A stretch of DNA of 64,000 nt from Elusimicrobiota bacterium (GTDB taxonomy: Bacteria > Elusimicrobiota > Elusimicrobia > F11). The stretch lies in contig JBGAON010000003.1 in the NCBI GenBank assembly GCA_044221725.1, forward strand, positions 224,001 through 288,000. The letters are read 5' to 3'. Position numbers and translations under genes: made by a program. Of this stretch, positions 56,701 through 61,072 are shown in pieces; position 1 is the stretch's first letter; every line of letters starts with the position of its first letter. The notes beneath the pieces were generated by a model. That model saw only the letters and a program-made list of their open reading frames with translations, made no database searches and had not been told where the DNA came from.

Positions 56701-57814
56701 CCATTTGGGTCTCGTTGTCGGCCTGACTCGGAGCGGAATCTCGATTCAAGACTTGTCGGCGGATGTGGTTCGCGGCATGGACGCGGATTTGAGCGCGTCT
56801 TTGGTGCGCGGTGCGCAGGCGAAGAAACGTCTTTCGGTGCTCACGAAAATGGATCCGCAACAATCACAGAAACAGATGCTGCACGAATTCTTGGCGCTTA
56901 CCGGCTTTGATCAGAATTATGTTCTCAAGAACGAGCGCGGTTATTTCACGCGAGATTGGTTTGAGAAAGCTCTTTTTGCTGATGCGTCGGAGAATCGAGA
57001 GGAAGCGGTGCGCGCGATTGTGGTCGCATTCGCAAAAGATATTGCGAACCAGCAAGGTTTGTCGGCGTACAAAAACCAAATTGAAAATGTTGAAGTTAGG
57101 CTGCTGCCCAAAGCCGCGTTTGAAGAAAAATATGGCGTGGGTCCGGCCGCGTTTGAATCGAACACGATTATCATTCAATACAACGAAGGCTTAACCGGTG
57201 ACGCGATGAAACAACAAATGTTGCTCGCGGTCGCCGCGGGTCTGCACGAAGTATTTCACCCGGTGTTGGATGCGGTGGCGCCGGAATCCATGGCGCCGGT
57301 TTTGGCAGAAGCGATCATCAATAATTGGGTGCTGCAGGCGTTGCGCGGTGAAGGGGGGCATCAATTGCCGGAGCTCGCGCGGCTGTTTGAAATTTTTGTG
57401 ATTCAACGCATCGTGAAGCAAGAAGAAACGCCGGTGCTCGTGATTCCCGAAAATATTGCGCTCGCGATGGCAAAGTCGAAAATGCTCAACGATTTGGCGA
57501 CCGCGAACGCTATCGCGGTTCTGGCGGGCAATTCTGCCAATCATAATCCTTTGCTCGCGCGGTTCCGCCATGTGACCGAAGCCGAACTTTTGAAGAAGAA
57601 AGTGGGCGAGACGCGCAATTCAATCGTGTCGTGGGCGTTCGATAACTTTGGAACATCCAAAATCATCGTGCTTCAAAACGACGAAGCGAAAGCCACCTTC
57701 GCTCAAGTGTTCAACAATTTGCCACCCGAATACATTCTGCCGCTGGCGAACAATCTGTCCGACATCGCCGCTCTGCAACAGAAAATCGCCGAACTCGTTA
57801 AATCCCAAGCCTAA
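32705..57814 (+). CDS. Giant multidomain membrane-associated protein (8369 aa) with an internal SecA-like ATPase, two zincin HExxH motifs and several hydrophobic helix clusters
   Basis: Uninterrupted 25.1-kb ORF with a signal-like N-terminus (KKFTAVAVSAIYLQVNIVWA). SecA/SF2 motifs: LPAAGGKT (46529), NSFGF, MMDEVDAIL (46934), ATGT (47585), STIGR (48191), QIVNRVDR (48296). HEVFH at 43625 and 57245. Confidence 0.9.
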   Translation: MMRRIPSKNVSILKKFTAVAVSAIYLQVNIVWATPTQNPATLLTHSPTISQFFTHFSKPADNTPIVFHANPADDPNRFLRNQRNEQAFMNPADVATREARANDAQVGLGFTGRNPAGQITQRLGLPVENLTVGDLLRVVPVRTREAILDAFKKDDGAALKLDVQNGRIVITGKEGNNTVTIKADIKHEGGRQILAVNRIDKSVTQERRPENAADKQEKGKVTEQDVLGKQHTIDGQKFDVKKNEAGQLVPVDPATGKQIKPVVENKMKDVYGRIHNVKMEVDHFELRDGQLLAVGRNLNLKGGVDFRFGGADDGAGDGKGFGNVPGSHNITATIRDGGVGVFQVTDPKKESAVGVIVRVNLENGNARLDHAAVTYQPINPTSTDVKIQFQANNGAITQLATSKDAGTTAVGNQQLHMTTWNVESGAETVKMNVKGKEVGVLAYLNIQRGTILSDQKGGLVGHAVVDEKTNTATQIYFAGNARGQELAALAVTDKQNGKLEKVDVILQSESGKMNKTLNKDSDVKVEAATLAKLEKLDFNGMDRAAIKQAITAVVGTGKESSGYEVNTKVKVNGAEADLRITTGKDKDGKMVILIGTNNRDLAIKIFGSETVAKAENKVKEQFDSVKKELPADAKFTYLEANGRMQAQVVFKVPGTDRLASILVDVNLEKADEPTTVVRDGNATEYLFGAGRAPGISVEGLRTNIRESIGNLDRQIAAETTPSKRLDELKATRANFAESLKKLDSPETRIKVTQSTSIGALNFNHLSITYKDGGEEKTISAVSISQGENPGVLRFSVEAMQTLAGKSAMDSLENRVVGNALPLFEALGISKANVSVKLEGVTVGADIQFNSLATVTRGTEKIAVPVNGSIANPTIDVDSAVRLVGKDKIQGFENALRQDALGGVQLAIAQAPTPQAKAEAEKVLAVMKAALADPNTKAMQFSVGDNGQLTMTMRGKDSNQQDLLIVGTMGYKGFEIAAARGANWLLSQTTMTDPSTRAVVQQTFITVSRPTEALASVIGAVFTPASTSIEVMRVTADRGLVSRDSVRSIERIAGREIVSEKIISSDQSTGQRIEDLYTPGSHTTRYFENGVEAAQPIRGIWGAVSGITYQFNGRDLAASWTNLESRAGDGTSILFLTRNGVREGHVEKSAERNSLDFIYTNASSNGAVSFVGQRIERTSDSSLTAQSVGQLVHLKMDDGKIVLGIYGEGRGLTLERNLTDNKKIGLGDSFRFDGNQVTIIAKPGSRTGETQIDTAIEGQIGRLTTVLSPDGLKTGVVTKIENETKLTHTSNGRTSEFTLPAGTVGLTIGNEFVVTSQTRATVVSDGRTNNVLIDPGSKFSFAVTPTNNVGGQLGSMVSGSYYVENGHLNAGKISNESSVLQMQGGGRGAQANEVVDREVDAEGNTVVVRGRIYVQDNQLKFREGTLFNNVAVDERYVRSFDYRVGAGDKYAVLQKDGSFQAAFRSRFSLNNEIRADMEKFIDKAEIRAQYIKENVAKVVVFDSQGQRVGEYSVNYKDDMQRVQEAHGVSGGSGGAGVYFTDTNRVRIKNGALQFDSEKNDEKEVFHVLDGNGKFQQRNEISIIPKFEIQVGNQKATVKITELQDAGGKTIVKSIKLFDGAGKLLRDVSEVSNLRLAKAEQGKDQQTKYDARENLEREIQDWKSYAETKKVPGQENALGYLLRDRSADMFAVQRNDIGRPSFIGLLQVAVQGVVVQPLEALYSLTISRTTTVSDWMARNNLSIQGIEAKGNAADWSAFTRQIERGEKPSSDILKAVGLQKNGFALDTFISVDSFLGHMFAADKAMNMVDARGNVSIKNIGLAGGIWVATVLSGGSASAATSVAANGVRAGWLSRVVWGGASSTRAAIGAQLARYNVVGAVRGAGFWGTARGITLGGFQLMLRAEAVNAIDQVLTSYNIEGFSDNTSKLTVTAIWKVALSEIYFAAPLLAPLFGSSRAATFGVTANWLTTAKNFSESSAAGTLLVLRYTSTALVGAAIGAGSQILENQGKLTWDTGWAAVKGALTAVVVRAVFTGTTIAINKIGNKIEQKAAAGNPSLTKESFSLDKRTEKLVEHSQTGKNLAGQKAESFRESSNVHIRIAGLRSLQIGRDLVTGISGSITFQILSGKNVLERQNAIDALRQGAFMGFIFGGARMAVTNWATAFKNMSTVGGLAAFNAQRIQSGVMMGVWEVSVAPFTGFISEAFYAATDYLGLTTDKDRADRNEQKEQQQKERAALKENFGATLGEVRFQFNKFWGTFQNISGLHPFFSLGRPGVNIFSKPVEGIVGRYTNATFNQISSALTKVRITGTANNVLSNILWQARGTVQFLSTNAIVNPININTFFIYETVGLKGAMAIGLVTPMKEVNGQLVLVDKNGDAIKGDAGKPSFFQETVATVFRVAGFISAPIHASPDKSAEGAYARGQIGSLSAPETFIGKSVRAVEETVGIVDRRNPQAFTLANNLKEHLESGKGGDFEFTATDGRRYTLSGQEARDLGNQARVAVLSTPEIAKAAEKAGVLPEHIAYNPVTGEARVLTPNHSAPAGFFEVRLPNRAAETAAKETASAKTGADVAGSADTSKPATNDSTKAPLAETKPQEPTKPANRADIGKINGVKVEAVEDVDGNIRIKIAEPVTDDVARDLESRVFVVENGNAKEVAVGRLGDIVVKNEDRANNAPLKVTELTPETALDRAARSDASPDVRSVAGLRPGEVVVKMGVENFVVAVKARAEGALANSPAQDTSVKARAKEEVNAKPEDAVKNVAGWDKLAPETQAAVQRLMADPTIGAKVRGMLAEMGGRGLEMLGALYDAAGHDTFTRVIESLSPEQVKSLAKTMNELSPLAKSNFVSMVKDLARNGEAALRTFLAVVSTLGPKVSNALFEGLKPAGREAFQKIISIFSDATKATALQGFKNVLAELTPTGAQALASFFNEIGGKDGKGVTTFAKFLEIAGQKGNENIAKTFGKLLNGLTLLGGAALGAAFTQLGRAREQTFAQLMRTLSKSDLQGFAAFVNTLGEKGQGAILGKILNLLPNANGIPKQVITLGNLFAQLNKTAGQRLADMFMRADAKNELVNLVSSVTKLEPKAAAAFAEVLNNGAAATVIALGILLGSNDKDVRFGAAELLASAGKEGALGLKNVLDAFANLIERGIGHPDAKSDTALENVAKLAAAQLSKFVKESDSAQKQTFGQALRELSRNANGPKDAADIMAHFLASDVGHAALGRALTSFAEHGGMLGRVLMTVTQNAPKKIVDPISGRETDTTNSWVANLLINSIEVSQVGGARDVSPGEMAGRMLRPAFFDVRGKPRTADETTKFTEGVLGSVFNKPPEAFNDREKQMAGDMLEHLAATMSDTQKVAARALADKFGIEVDFGASPEALAAKTEGKDAEAKEDAAVSNNSVADGEEPHPDTGRAAVERSAVGRVLKAVKDFFRSDYGDEFMTHEDVMAKIAYVEQKLFGEDSEHKKVEAGTFGSQSGKDWFDSIRWTDKQVIKENKLGQEDDVIILRATTGGKTVFLMLRDGKVWISKTTLRKNASDVTFFLVSDAARTKELKKSLQGAEGLAETSNIKKVFYKPWIDSKEDKAQFLDALKNDPAILSMLHFWLERGVTPKIMGRLIVGDNARNMGYMHNGSIHRGIETTDIDVFIHEVFHLAFDTKLTPAQKEAIRKRYVDANGERSAEYMKLFDEGIYDAAKYKSGIQKADEAFAQYMEMIAAGTTFLEYKRKGDVVVRLELTKGDVEFFLSQGLITKAVADRAMKLLDAGAASKESEATKDSKPKESTFERATSALRPIITAVGVAVGVTERAAEAPHGAQVVRTEPAGEAKPVEPAAETESRPAAGRSEAEPAKPGEKPLPQDGFDFTETKSDSNPTRLTDTPVNILRKAAYVEALHGREAKLVFEALYRESAGVDAKSLKAALEKIIDNGVKEGTGSDADYWRRSDGTIVTRRGTVIKETGKSYIERRENSGDPGKTNTIVRLFDFDGNQIGEQIAIRGDAATARKQAEDLKMTKTDIEIVTKIAKQYKGKAEFRFEKDDATGVYKIVEIIFPHGAKNVARFNKTFYAAWLNLGAVDEKDKLPEATNQVKALAKDVADKLVDANGKTKNFDLLAQELDRVLEQVKTPADKKVLINEVVKALQARDDISASTKGAHVRELEKAGGKQLDKKDFYRDLVTQVDLNACSNCAVNYNGPMRDDAFARVRSDVQREYPGMSPARRERFAMGRIDASLSPAQRSELGRKEIANGFENYANGLSPDRLSDALFYRNMADAIRNGDTRPSTTARGAEESVWAQNRVDVARARVNYTLNRTSGALDWILGKLEINVDAARVLTSSGWALDRAENTYMSLQMRDKLDVDQGKLIELVSQLPSIENGDARKSAAEDVAAAKLHFEQEKRRLDRGELPNASDFLDFQNILVDQEKESRTPLDLAEKSVKEAKELSAGEKFYGPGLREAIVESKKGEDARFSLIYDRVQTVMKDLLIAPDVYRVEKDGTRTKLTELDKVNPQDVIVLQLPRSVAAKIDRLKRRENTQADWEAAVVDLLAVGKNAADKPIDNKGAVVNAAELNIHQRTALLWAVSQRTFEDQSQPMTREDIAMDQGKRMAFFFGLVRGNEVVALPAAGGKTGAFILAQADFVLRNRSKKNGEKFVLELDVFNSAEAEKYISERERYEGMAIGAALIRPVDGRDFHQNIKKAEEAYDVNKSVISDRGIKLEGVKMIVHDLNSFGFLMLHMGENLTARVSTLVRENVKSVMMDEVDAILMSMMSFINSKTELHASDDDLSRGAVTVRAILKTLELNHTKVDVARYKERSEEKDAADHPNYRYFPSGRVSDEDRKDGVWFTITAAGKVEYSDKFLEKVRSNLEEKSISNREIQNALRAFADTGDGNRSTISRVDGKLKIVPVTRHGPQKGLVDSYRMYNVARTLFENMSRRLRNEEELDEKQVPISKSSATATLIQAIAFRINAIKAAATGTKDDIDSADPSLAPFAQLLTGMGVSVVSQSSYADLKYFEAISAREGLLKQQNYRSDAGDRKALRTIALVGANGDARYRVAAEGINLMRGRGPDGGSWNSIDRDAAVLIYSADQRYHVKAFYELLEINGASGVVAALKKKNVSGIQDAIDKAKSIIDSKEANASAWLRAELDTHRVIDGNRPDLAEFIAKTAAERKSIVWSTIGRALSFNAIGKNRMDEIILGTDTSFTEAAEFHQIVNRVDRNFTGENRSYRLQIVDPTNVDARFSEVVSLNDDVRRFGRQGLFTDDYFGKIWESHKNGDTLTLEQKVKLNSQLASLENRSRNGQHHLHEQVGAKLTNEIVTLIGAELIRRGNSLGAEALEKIKGEMLDHDERGNDDGGTYNQSPNEIAYRIVKREVEKAEIFYSKIINSEHVDLDLVQFARSRLTEIQTEFLGFSKRVINDVDKKTGYHVGENYRNASFATANTVRKVFDAAIATSDFLLPNVELSHAPTAFTAAVTHMAFGNVRAPRDALPAVANDNVSKVAFVNAINPHAPESVSAEKPTTIDGKPVALPPLQNLTLWQQAAYSVYSYFSPARQSIDDEKRRADAMLLARAGFVSQAVADNVASNDPVVAGRALRQMAMEVADRWERSGQRMERFDLPTLMLVAENVVTQMDQVRAAIAPNILPKVDADWAGPAQLNRIVAMAAASPNTPAVGSWESDSEKTAKRRDLPSVRQEVIAQGISDLAALLPVDTRATVVPIVRNARAMLTTINQARDYEAQQRNIALGAGGIGAMIMLQLSMLYYSPPRQYNRVLDQSLATLAGKGEPANRAAIVVGVMALFHLNTPVLRQRLRDAVDVIANTDPGLLDHVTARELANVVRAKDPQKELENLLYKNIGFALPLPTAVTQTLKVAGVAGSVVAGLGTMFGFLSLNSALTIFSIAFGLNFLSAERPTGDGPSVWARLQSFGTGVKNVGGEIGRWVWNNKVKSTIAVSLVVGTVATGGMTGAFGSVADLGSYFTAANLSSALETVLPFALPLLGGLAGKMFKKYELEIAIREGRILPFTNIRIPGFDRVFRQPSPALYALIALRTAREAKEKDLKSRDTAVAENPEYQKLKNQLDNFDADLEKKLDKMPEQYRGTMRQFSQQQKKEIEKQMNDLRDKTPVPGLTVGRLVDAIETRHGKKSNDDKNEILRLALITLGVSPDKALRAVAAVDVLREATAEDSDYDPKEVAAVKEAYHELDTDVLKGKGSLSLDLRMDFARFGAQMKADGKEVTPDALRGEYNGAEFKQAIRYFAQQKNITDDEVALIAQFHDDRNIPVKDLAAAIRKDNLNSLRADKLASEHEKENPDLAKALKKVGATYDAVSAHVRTYLKEEARMTDDEATQVLTLIHGSFGTNTTIDFAARVAEPILSNPLVQNPEAVVAGLLRILIDHAYSDYGVQLAAIEHNLPVERDADTMNLLRRVQHPNAPRNTTLDLGFARALTTIYGFQLPLDVQASGMRQTGYELRNSNGTVARVALSGNTGIQVRVNVAPNGEAPIYGELNYRLANNQIVDVDVQSPLGYQARVGGSVTTSGHANNIAGQAIQFEKVEVGEKPLKTSLFASSLERPVTETPVGLKIETPAQLVAPSAVAHLMGDSLPAKPAQTTPQKLVNRPVDMKLDDLFGLPVVGVLLESAYKAVFGRAPTDADKQQLAQLNSDHKSLAESLFGTNKVPDQYRSLPLPIAMKGEAAVRSFQSEMILAAIKNGTVSPTFQALRFIPNDMLPQNGGTLIVLDRNNSNGWDIRVGENTIGTISKSNNVVTLTLISRQEIPAQIIEPTPPTNMTEWGHYFYDGKPAPKVIAARSVEVRNEIILTVDESPTAPYVVTDIQAKAGGENGRIVREGEKPLMETSGFTFAASPAGFKTMETEITIPGDLRAVEEDDFKSAKTVVMENVTAAMEERFGYDRVSNMDGMEAVVDLLFALHPDLPESLSADEIIDLAFSANPSKDLTDIISEKDGSVFARLASDGAENPDAVKQAWELVSSGKAETVGGLVQALMADNRIGDRLGVFRLAAVMSGFSISEAIALANIMKSTDARFFSGFSMNFLATVGVPVQTVLEVRQWQDKQSQAGAIMYENVRAQWGTTSIGTNRALDILKGAPLSSVERTSLETQSQLNETYAVVNAGPNANLRSQILASAQTLLELAGVSAPVVASYLRSVVSARSAEDIHTLKVQTSQQLPDRQTATLLHNLIDAFHAPTANSATMVVFRAVKQLNVDDSFVLLLNQTNASNGTWQVTGVVPAGPNAGQKINVAVVTVSPQSPRTTIAIQIGVAEGKNGPVVELPTTHANGSTLLLINSGDYQVVTSGFGPQPKAQALNGNLGNAAPTAQSVQFTDGKNTLPVRIAVPTAITNEAIRSSRAQAAMVFGRLNQLATANDASPMDPLVFQQVERFLSPAMLPLLRGNGSNEGSEPDLFVVRGTNNQIESMYVLNANGSYGVFRRTTVDGQQTVTRGEPTHVPPMNADAYEMAQMPNGQWSVVPVLTPLSTIPRSVARERRDHGVTNAGVAMRVLGGMLAAPFAMFRGVANQASRHRMASALVLMLVAVVSANAQEPMMHQTVSTAKDLVAQPIPHMSVGAVAAVTAMGSALLGFMGVRSYLAIRREAPPANIPIVMSAKDFNTRVNEQKLSSPDGIYFASQELLGVPYNGAENAVAVKVQEVRIAGDGQSRYVLSLLPANTDSASTAPLQLANFSGYMPNAVVRMFTKLPTNAAQISAFLKSDDGRLANYISVPALFGTNPSLLSGLNLGLDDVQVHFKTLKDVFEPSTPEAQRLASREFKALVAKLVAEASAFASSESVQLRPTYVDAIMKKFGPNVSFLQRDPSGRAFVSSGYDYSAALALWRKGVVHPVLVSNGQQIYFVFSSGESALSKLNYDGTKGKTERGNEKRYLSSEPDGSLLAVAGKPYLNEGQKAIARRAVEILSDILVGDGRAPLVLTDRQVAQLFNSIGDFVRGGTPKVNVRGSDLGLPGTDVDKLIQELGEQMRSLAQSNAQILDLAQRGQMSAVGVSAVHHLGLVVGLTRSGISIQDLSADVVRGMDADLSASLVRGAQAKKRLSVLTKMDPQQSQKQMLHEFLALTGFDQNYVLKNERGYFTRDWFEKALFADASENREEAVRAIVVAFAKDIANQQGLSAYKNQIENVEVRLLPKAAFEEKYGVGPAAFESNTIIIQYNEGLTGDAMKQQMLLAVAAGLHEVFHPVLDAVAPESMAPVLAEAIINNWVLQALRGEGGHQLPELARLFEIFVIQRIVKQEETPVLVIPENIALAMAKSKMLNDLATANAIAVLAGNSANHNPLLARFRHVTEAELLKKKVGETRNSIVSWAFDNFGTSKIIVLQNDEAKATFAQVFNNLPPEYILPLANNLSDIAALQQKIAELVKSQA

Positions 57815-57877
57815 GCGCTTCGCTTGCGCGTTGAAGTATAATTTCGCCGCCTGATGTCTCACCCCTCTGGAGAACAC

Positions 57878-58075
57878 ATGCAGAAGAGGTCAAAAATGAA
57901 ATTGCTAAAAAGATCGTCTCCAGCAAGAATTGCGACGAACGAACTGATGTCCGATCCTCTGTGGAAAGTCCGATTGTCTGCCGCCAAGAGAGAATCAAAA
58001 GAAGGAAAAGGCATTTCCTTGGAAGCCTATCTCAAGAAACGATCAAAGGTATTACCCCGCCAAAAAGCCGCTTAA
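57878..58075 (+). CDS. Probable type II antitoxin (small protein upstream of the ParE/RelE toxin)
   Basis: Short ORF 3 nt before the toxin gene. Its C-terminus DPLWKVRLSAAKRESKEGKGISLEAYLK resembles toxin-neutralising tails. Start uncertain (57854, 57878 or 57896). TATAAT at 57837. Confidence 0.6.
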   Translation: MQKRSKMKLLKRSSPARIATNELMSDPLWKVRLSAAKRESKEGKGISLEAYLKKRSKVLPRQKAA

Positions 58076-58078
58076 GTT

Positions 58079-58333
58079 GTGCGGCACATCATCATATTGC
58101 CGCTGGCTCAAGCGGATCTTAATACGATTTCCGATCCACTGTTCTCGATTCTCATAGATCAGATTGAAAACCTGCGATCGTTTCCTCATTTGGGCCAGCG
58201 GCTCGAAAGTCCGTTCGTCGGTTACAGGCGGCTCGTTATAGGCATTTTTCGAATCATTTACCGAGAGTTGGGGAATTCGATCGAAATAGCTTACGTCTGG
58301 CACGTTCGGCGACAACTTCCCGCGAGACGTTAG
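58079..58333 (+). CDS. RelE/ParE family toxin
   Basis: IIILPLAQADL...IENLRSFPHLG...GYRRLVIGIFRIIYR...IEIAYVWHVRR matches the ParE pattern; 84 aa. Confidence 0.88.
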   Translation: MRHIIILPLAQADLNTISDPLFSILIDQIENLRSFPHLGQRLESPFVGYRRLVIGIFRIIYRELGNSIEIAYVWHVRRQLPARR

Positions 58334-58377
58334 CCGCATCGACGACAACGGTCGCGTTAAATGCTGAAATGCGCGTC

Positions 58378-58878
58378 ATGGAAATTTATTTGATGCGGCA
58401 TGGCGAAGCGGTTTCGGCAAATCATTGGAGAAAATCGGATGCGGAACGTCCGCTGGCCCCGATCGGCATCGCGAAGCTGGAAGCCGGCCTCAAAGAAATG
58501 AAGCGCGCCGGTTTTTCCGTGCCGGTGATCTTCACGAGCCCGTTCCTTCGGGCCAAAGAAACCGCCAATCTCGTCTCGAAAGTCCTCGATCTTTCTGCCC
58601 CAATCGTGAAAGCCGATCTCGCTTCCGGGGCGTCCATGGACACATTGAAAAAACTCGTTTTGTCGCACACCACGCCGGCGCCGGTGCTGTATGTCGGTCA
58701 TATGCCCGAACTCGCGCTTTTTGGATCGCGTATGACATTTGAGCCCAAGTTGTTGGATGGCGGACTTGAGCCGGCCGATATTTTGGCCGTCGAAACCGGT
58801 CCGCTCGAAAAGAACTGGGGGGAAGGAAAAATTCTCTGGTGGCGAAAGATTTCGGATTGGAAAGAAGTGACGGCATGA
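58378..58878 (+). CDS. sixA: Phosphohistidine phosphatase SixA
   Basis: Histidine-phosphatase motifs MEIYLMRHGEA, ERPLAPIG, IFTSPFLRAKETA and VLYVGHMP. Confidence 0.88.
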   Translation: MEIYLMRHGEAVSANHWRKSDAERPLAPIGIAKLEAGLKEMKRAGFSVPVIFTSPFLRAKETANLVSKVLDLSAPIVKADLASGASMDTLKKLVLSHTTPAPVLYVGHMPELALFGSRMTFEPKLLDGGLEPADILAVETGPLEKNWGEGKILWWRKISDWKEVTA

Positions 58879-59618
58879 AAGACCCTTTAATTCCATCGGC
58901 CGCGCTGGAAGGCCTCATGAAAAAAGCATTCCAAGAACAGGCCGTGAGCCCGGGTCTGTTTTGGGACGCGCTCCTCAATTCCAATTTGGTGGCGCCGCTT
59001 TCGCCGTCAACGGAGGACAGAGAAAATCAGGTGCCCATTTTGCTCGGTGTGGATTCGCAGGGCAAACACGTGATCTGGCTTTTCACATCGCCGCAAGCGA
59101 TGGTTGAATACGTCGAACAAGATTTGAAGTTCCTTACCATGGCGTCGCGCGATTTGTTTAAGAAACTGGCGGGCAGTACGCACGAAATTGTTCTCATCGG
59201 TCCGGAAGGGATTACTCTTAATCTTCACCCGGAATTTGTGGCGTCGCTTGCCGAAGGTCGCGTTCCGGAAATACCCACCGAGGAGATTCGCCACATTCCG
59301 AAAGATACCGCGGTACAGGTCGGGAAACCAACCGACGATCCGAGCAAGCTCGAGTCGCGTTTTAAAGAACTTTTCACAAAACTGCCCGAAGTTCTTGAAG
59401 CGACATTCATTCAGATTGCCGATGATTCCGGATCGCGTCTTCTGCTGGGGGTTCGCCTGCAAGACGAATCACGTGAGCGTTTCAAACACATTGCGGGCCT
59501 GGTCGCGCACGCGGCCGAAGGTGTGCTTGAGAAGGGCAAAACGATGGACATCACGCTGCTGGATCGCTCCATGAAGGGTGCGTTCGAAAAATTCGGCGTT
59601 GCATTCTTCAAACGATGA
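58875..59618 (+). CDS. sseB: SseB family protein (SseB N-terminal plus SseB_C domains)
   Basis: ATG overlaps the sixA stop. Contains FWDALLNSNLVAP, IWLFTS, TAVQVGKP and SRLLLGV, typical of enhanced-serine-sensitivity SseB. Confidence 0.7.
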   Translation: MKDPLIPSAALEGLMKKAFQEQAVSPGLFWDALLNSNLVAPLSPSTEDRENQVPILLGVDSQGKHVIWLFTSPQAMVEYVEQDLKFLTMASRDLFKKLAGSTHEIVLIGPEGITLNLHPEFVASLAEGRVPEIPTEEIRHIPKDTAVQVGKPTDDPSKLESRFKELFTKLPEVLEATFIQIADDSGSRLLLGVRLQDESRERFKHIAGLVAHAAEGVLEKGKTMDITLLDRSMKGAFEKFGVAFFKR

Positions 59619-61072
59619 AAATTTCCCGCATTTCGTTCTTACTTTTCTTTTTTGTTGCAACCGTTCCGTTACACGCCGCTGATCCCATCGCAGAATTTCC
59701 GCAGCGCGTCCACAAGATAACGTTGAAAAACGGAATGCGTGTGCTCACTGTTGAGCGTCCTTCCTCTCAGACCGTTTCGTTTGCGATGTACATCCGCACC
59801 GGCGGCCTGGATGATGAGTCCGGAAAGTCCGGGCTTGCCCATATGTTCGAGCACATGCTCTTCAAAGGCACAAAAACCATTGGCACGAAGAATTATTCCA
59901 AAGAATCGGCGTTGCTCGATGAAATCGATAAAGCGGAAGCCGCTGGAGACACGAAGCGCGTTGAAGAATTGGATAAGCAACACGAAGCGTTGCTTGAGCC
60001 CGAAGAATATTGGCGTATCTATGAGCGCGCCGGTGGCCGCGAGTTGAACGCTTCGACCGGATACGATTTCACGGATTACACGGTTTCGCTTCCGCTGAAT
60101 GCTATTCCGTTGTGGTTTGCGATGGAATCCGACCGCATAAGAAATCCCGTGTTGCGTGAGTTTTATAAAGAGCGATCGGTCGTGCTCGAAGAGCGTCGCC
60201 TGCGCATCGATACGTCTGCTCAGGGAAAACTTTGGGAGAATTTTCTCGCAGCGGCGTTCATGGCGCATCCGTACGGTCGTCCCATCGTCGGATGGGAAAG
60301 CGATATTTCCAAAGTAACGCGGGCCGACGCGGAGGATTACTTCAAGCGCCACTACGATGTGAGCCGCTTGGTGGTGAGCGTTGTGGGCGGCGTGAAAGCG
60401 AGCGACATCGAAGCGATGTGCCGCAAATATCTCGAACCGATCCCGTCCTTGGCACCGTCTTCTAACGAACGCATCTCCGTTGAACCGCCGCAAGAAGGCG
60501 AACGCCGCGTGAAAGTGGAATTCGACGCCGAGCCTTCCATTATGATTGGGTTTCATCGGCCCGATATGAAAGACGCGGACGAACCGGTGTTCAACGTGAT
60601 CGAAGATATTCTTACCTCCGGCCGCACATCGCGCTTCAACCGCACGATTGTTGAGAAAAAACGGATTGCTGTTTCGATGTGGGCCTCGGCGTCCGCGCCG
60701 GGCGAACGCGATCCGAATCTTTTTGTTTTGGGCGGAACGCCGCGCGCGCCGCACACAGTAGCGGAGTTGGAAGCGTCGATGCTCGAGGAACTGGACACGC
60801 TGAAGAAAGTGGGGCCGTCGGATATTGAGCTCGAAAAAGTGAAAAACAATCTTGAGTCCGGTGTCATCCGCGGTTTGTCGTCCAATTCCGGGCTCGCGCA
60901 GCAACTGGCGTATCATGAGGCGGTCGCTGGCGACTGGGCGTACTTGCTGAGCCTCATCAAAGGCATACGCGAAGTAAAGCCGGCCGATGTGCAACGCGTG
61001 GCCACGAAATTTTTCACGGCGTCGAATCGCACGATCGCCGTGCTTCAGAAAAAAGGGATGCCACCCCAATGA
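59615..61072 (+). CDS. M16 family zinc peptidase, catalytic subunit (exported)
   Basis: Signal peptide, inverted zincin SGLAHMFEHMLFKGT, LNASTGYDFTDY, ERSVVLEERR and HPYGRPIVGW. Confidence 0.95.
   Translation: MKISRISFLLFFFVATVPLHAADPIAEFPQRVHKITLKNGMRVLTVERPSSQTVSFAMYIRTGGLDDESGKSGLAHMFEHMLFKGTKTIGTKNYSKESALLDEIDKAEAAGDTKRVEELDKQHEALLEPEEYWRIYERAGGRELNASTGYDFTDYTVSLPLNAIPLWFAMESDRIRNPVLREFYKERSVVLEERRLRIDTSAQGKLWENFLAAAFMAHPYGRPIVGWESDISKVTRADAEDYFKRHYDVSRLVVSVVGGVKASDIEAMCRKYLEPIPSLAPSSNERISVEPPQEGERRVKVEFDAEPSIMIGFHRPDMKDADEPVFNVIEDILTSGRTSRFNRTIVEKKRIAVSMWASASAPGERDPNLFVLGGTPRAPHTVAELEASMLEELDTLKKVGPSDIELEKVKNNLESGVIRGLSSNSGLAQQLAYHEAVAGDWAYLLSLIKGIREVKPADVQRVATKFFTASNRTIAVLQKKGMPPQ

Noticed and set aside
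57815..57845. Full sigma70 promoter or terminator after the giant gene
   Set aside because: TATAAT is present at 57837, but I found no correctly spaced -35 and no clear hairpin plus U-tract.
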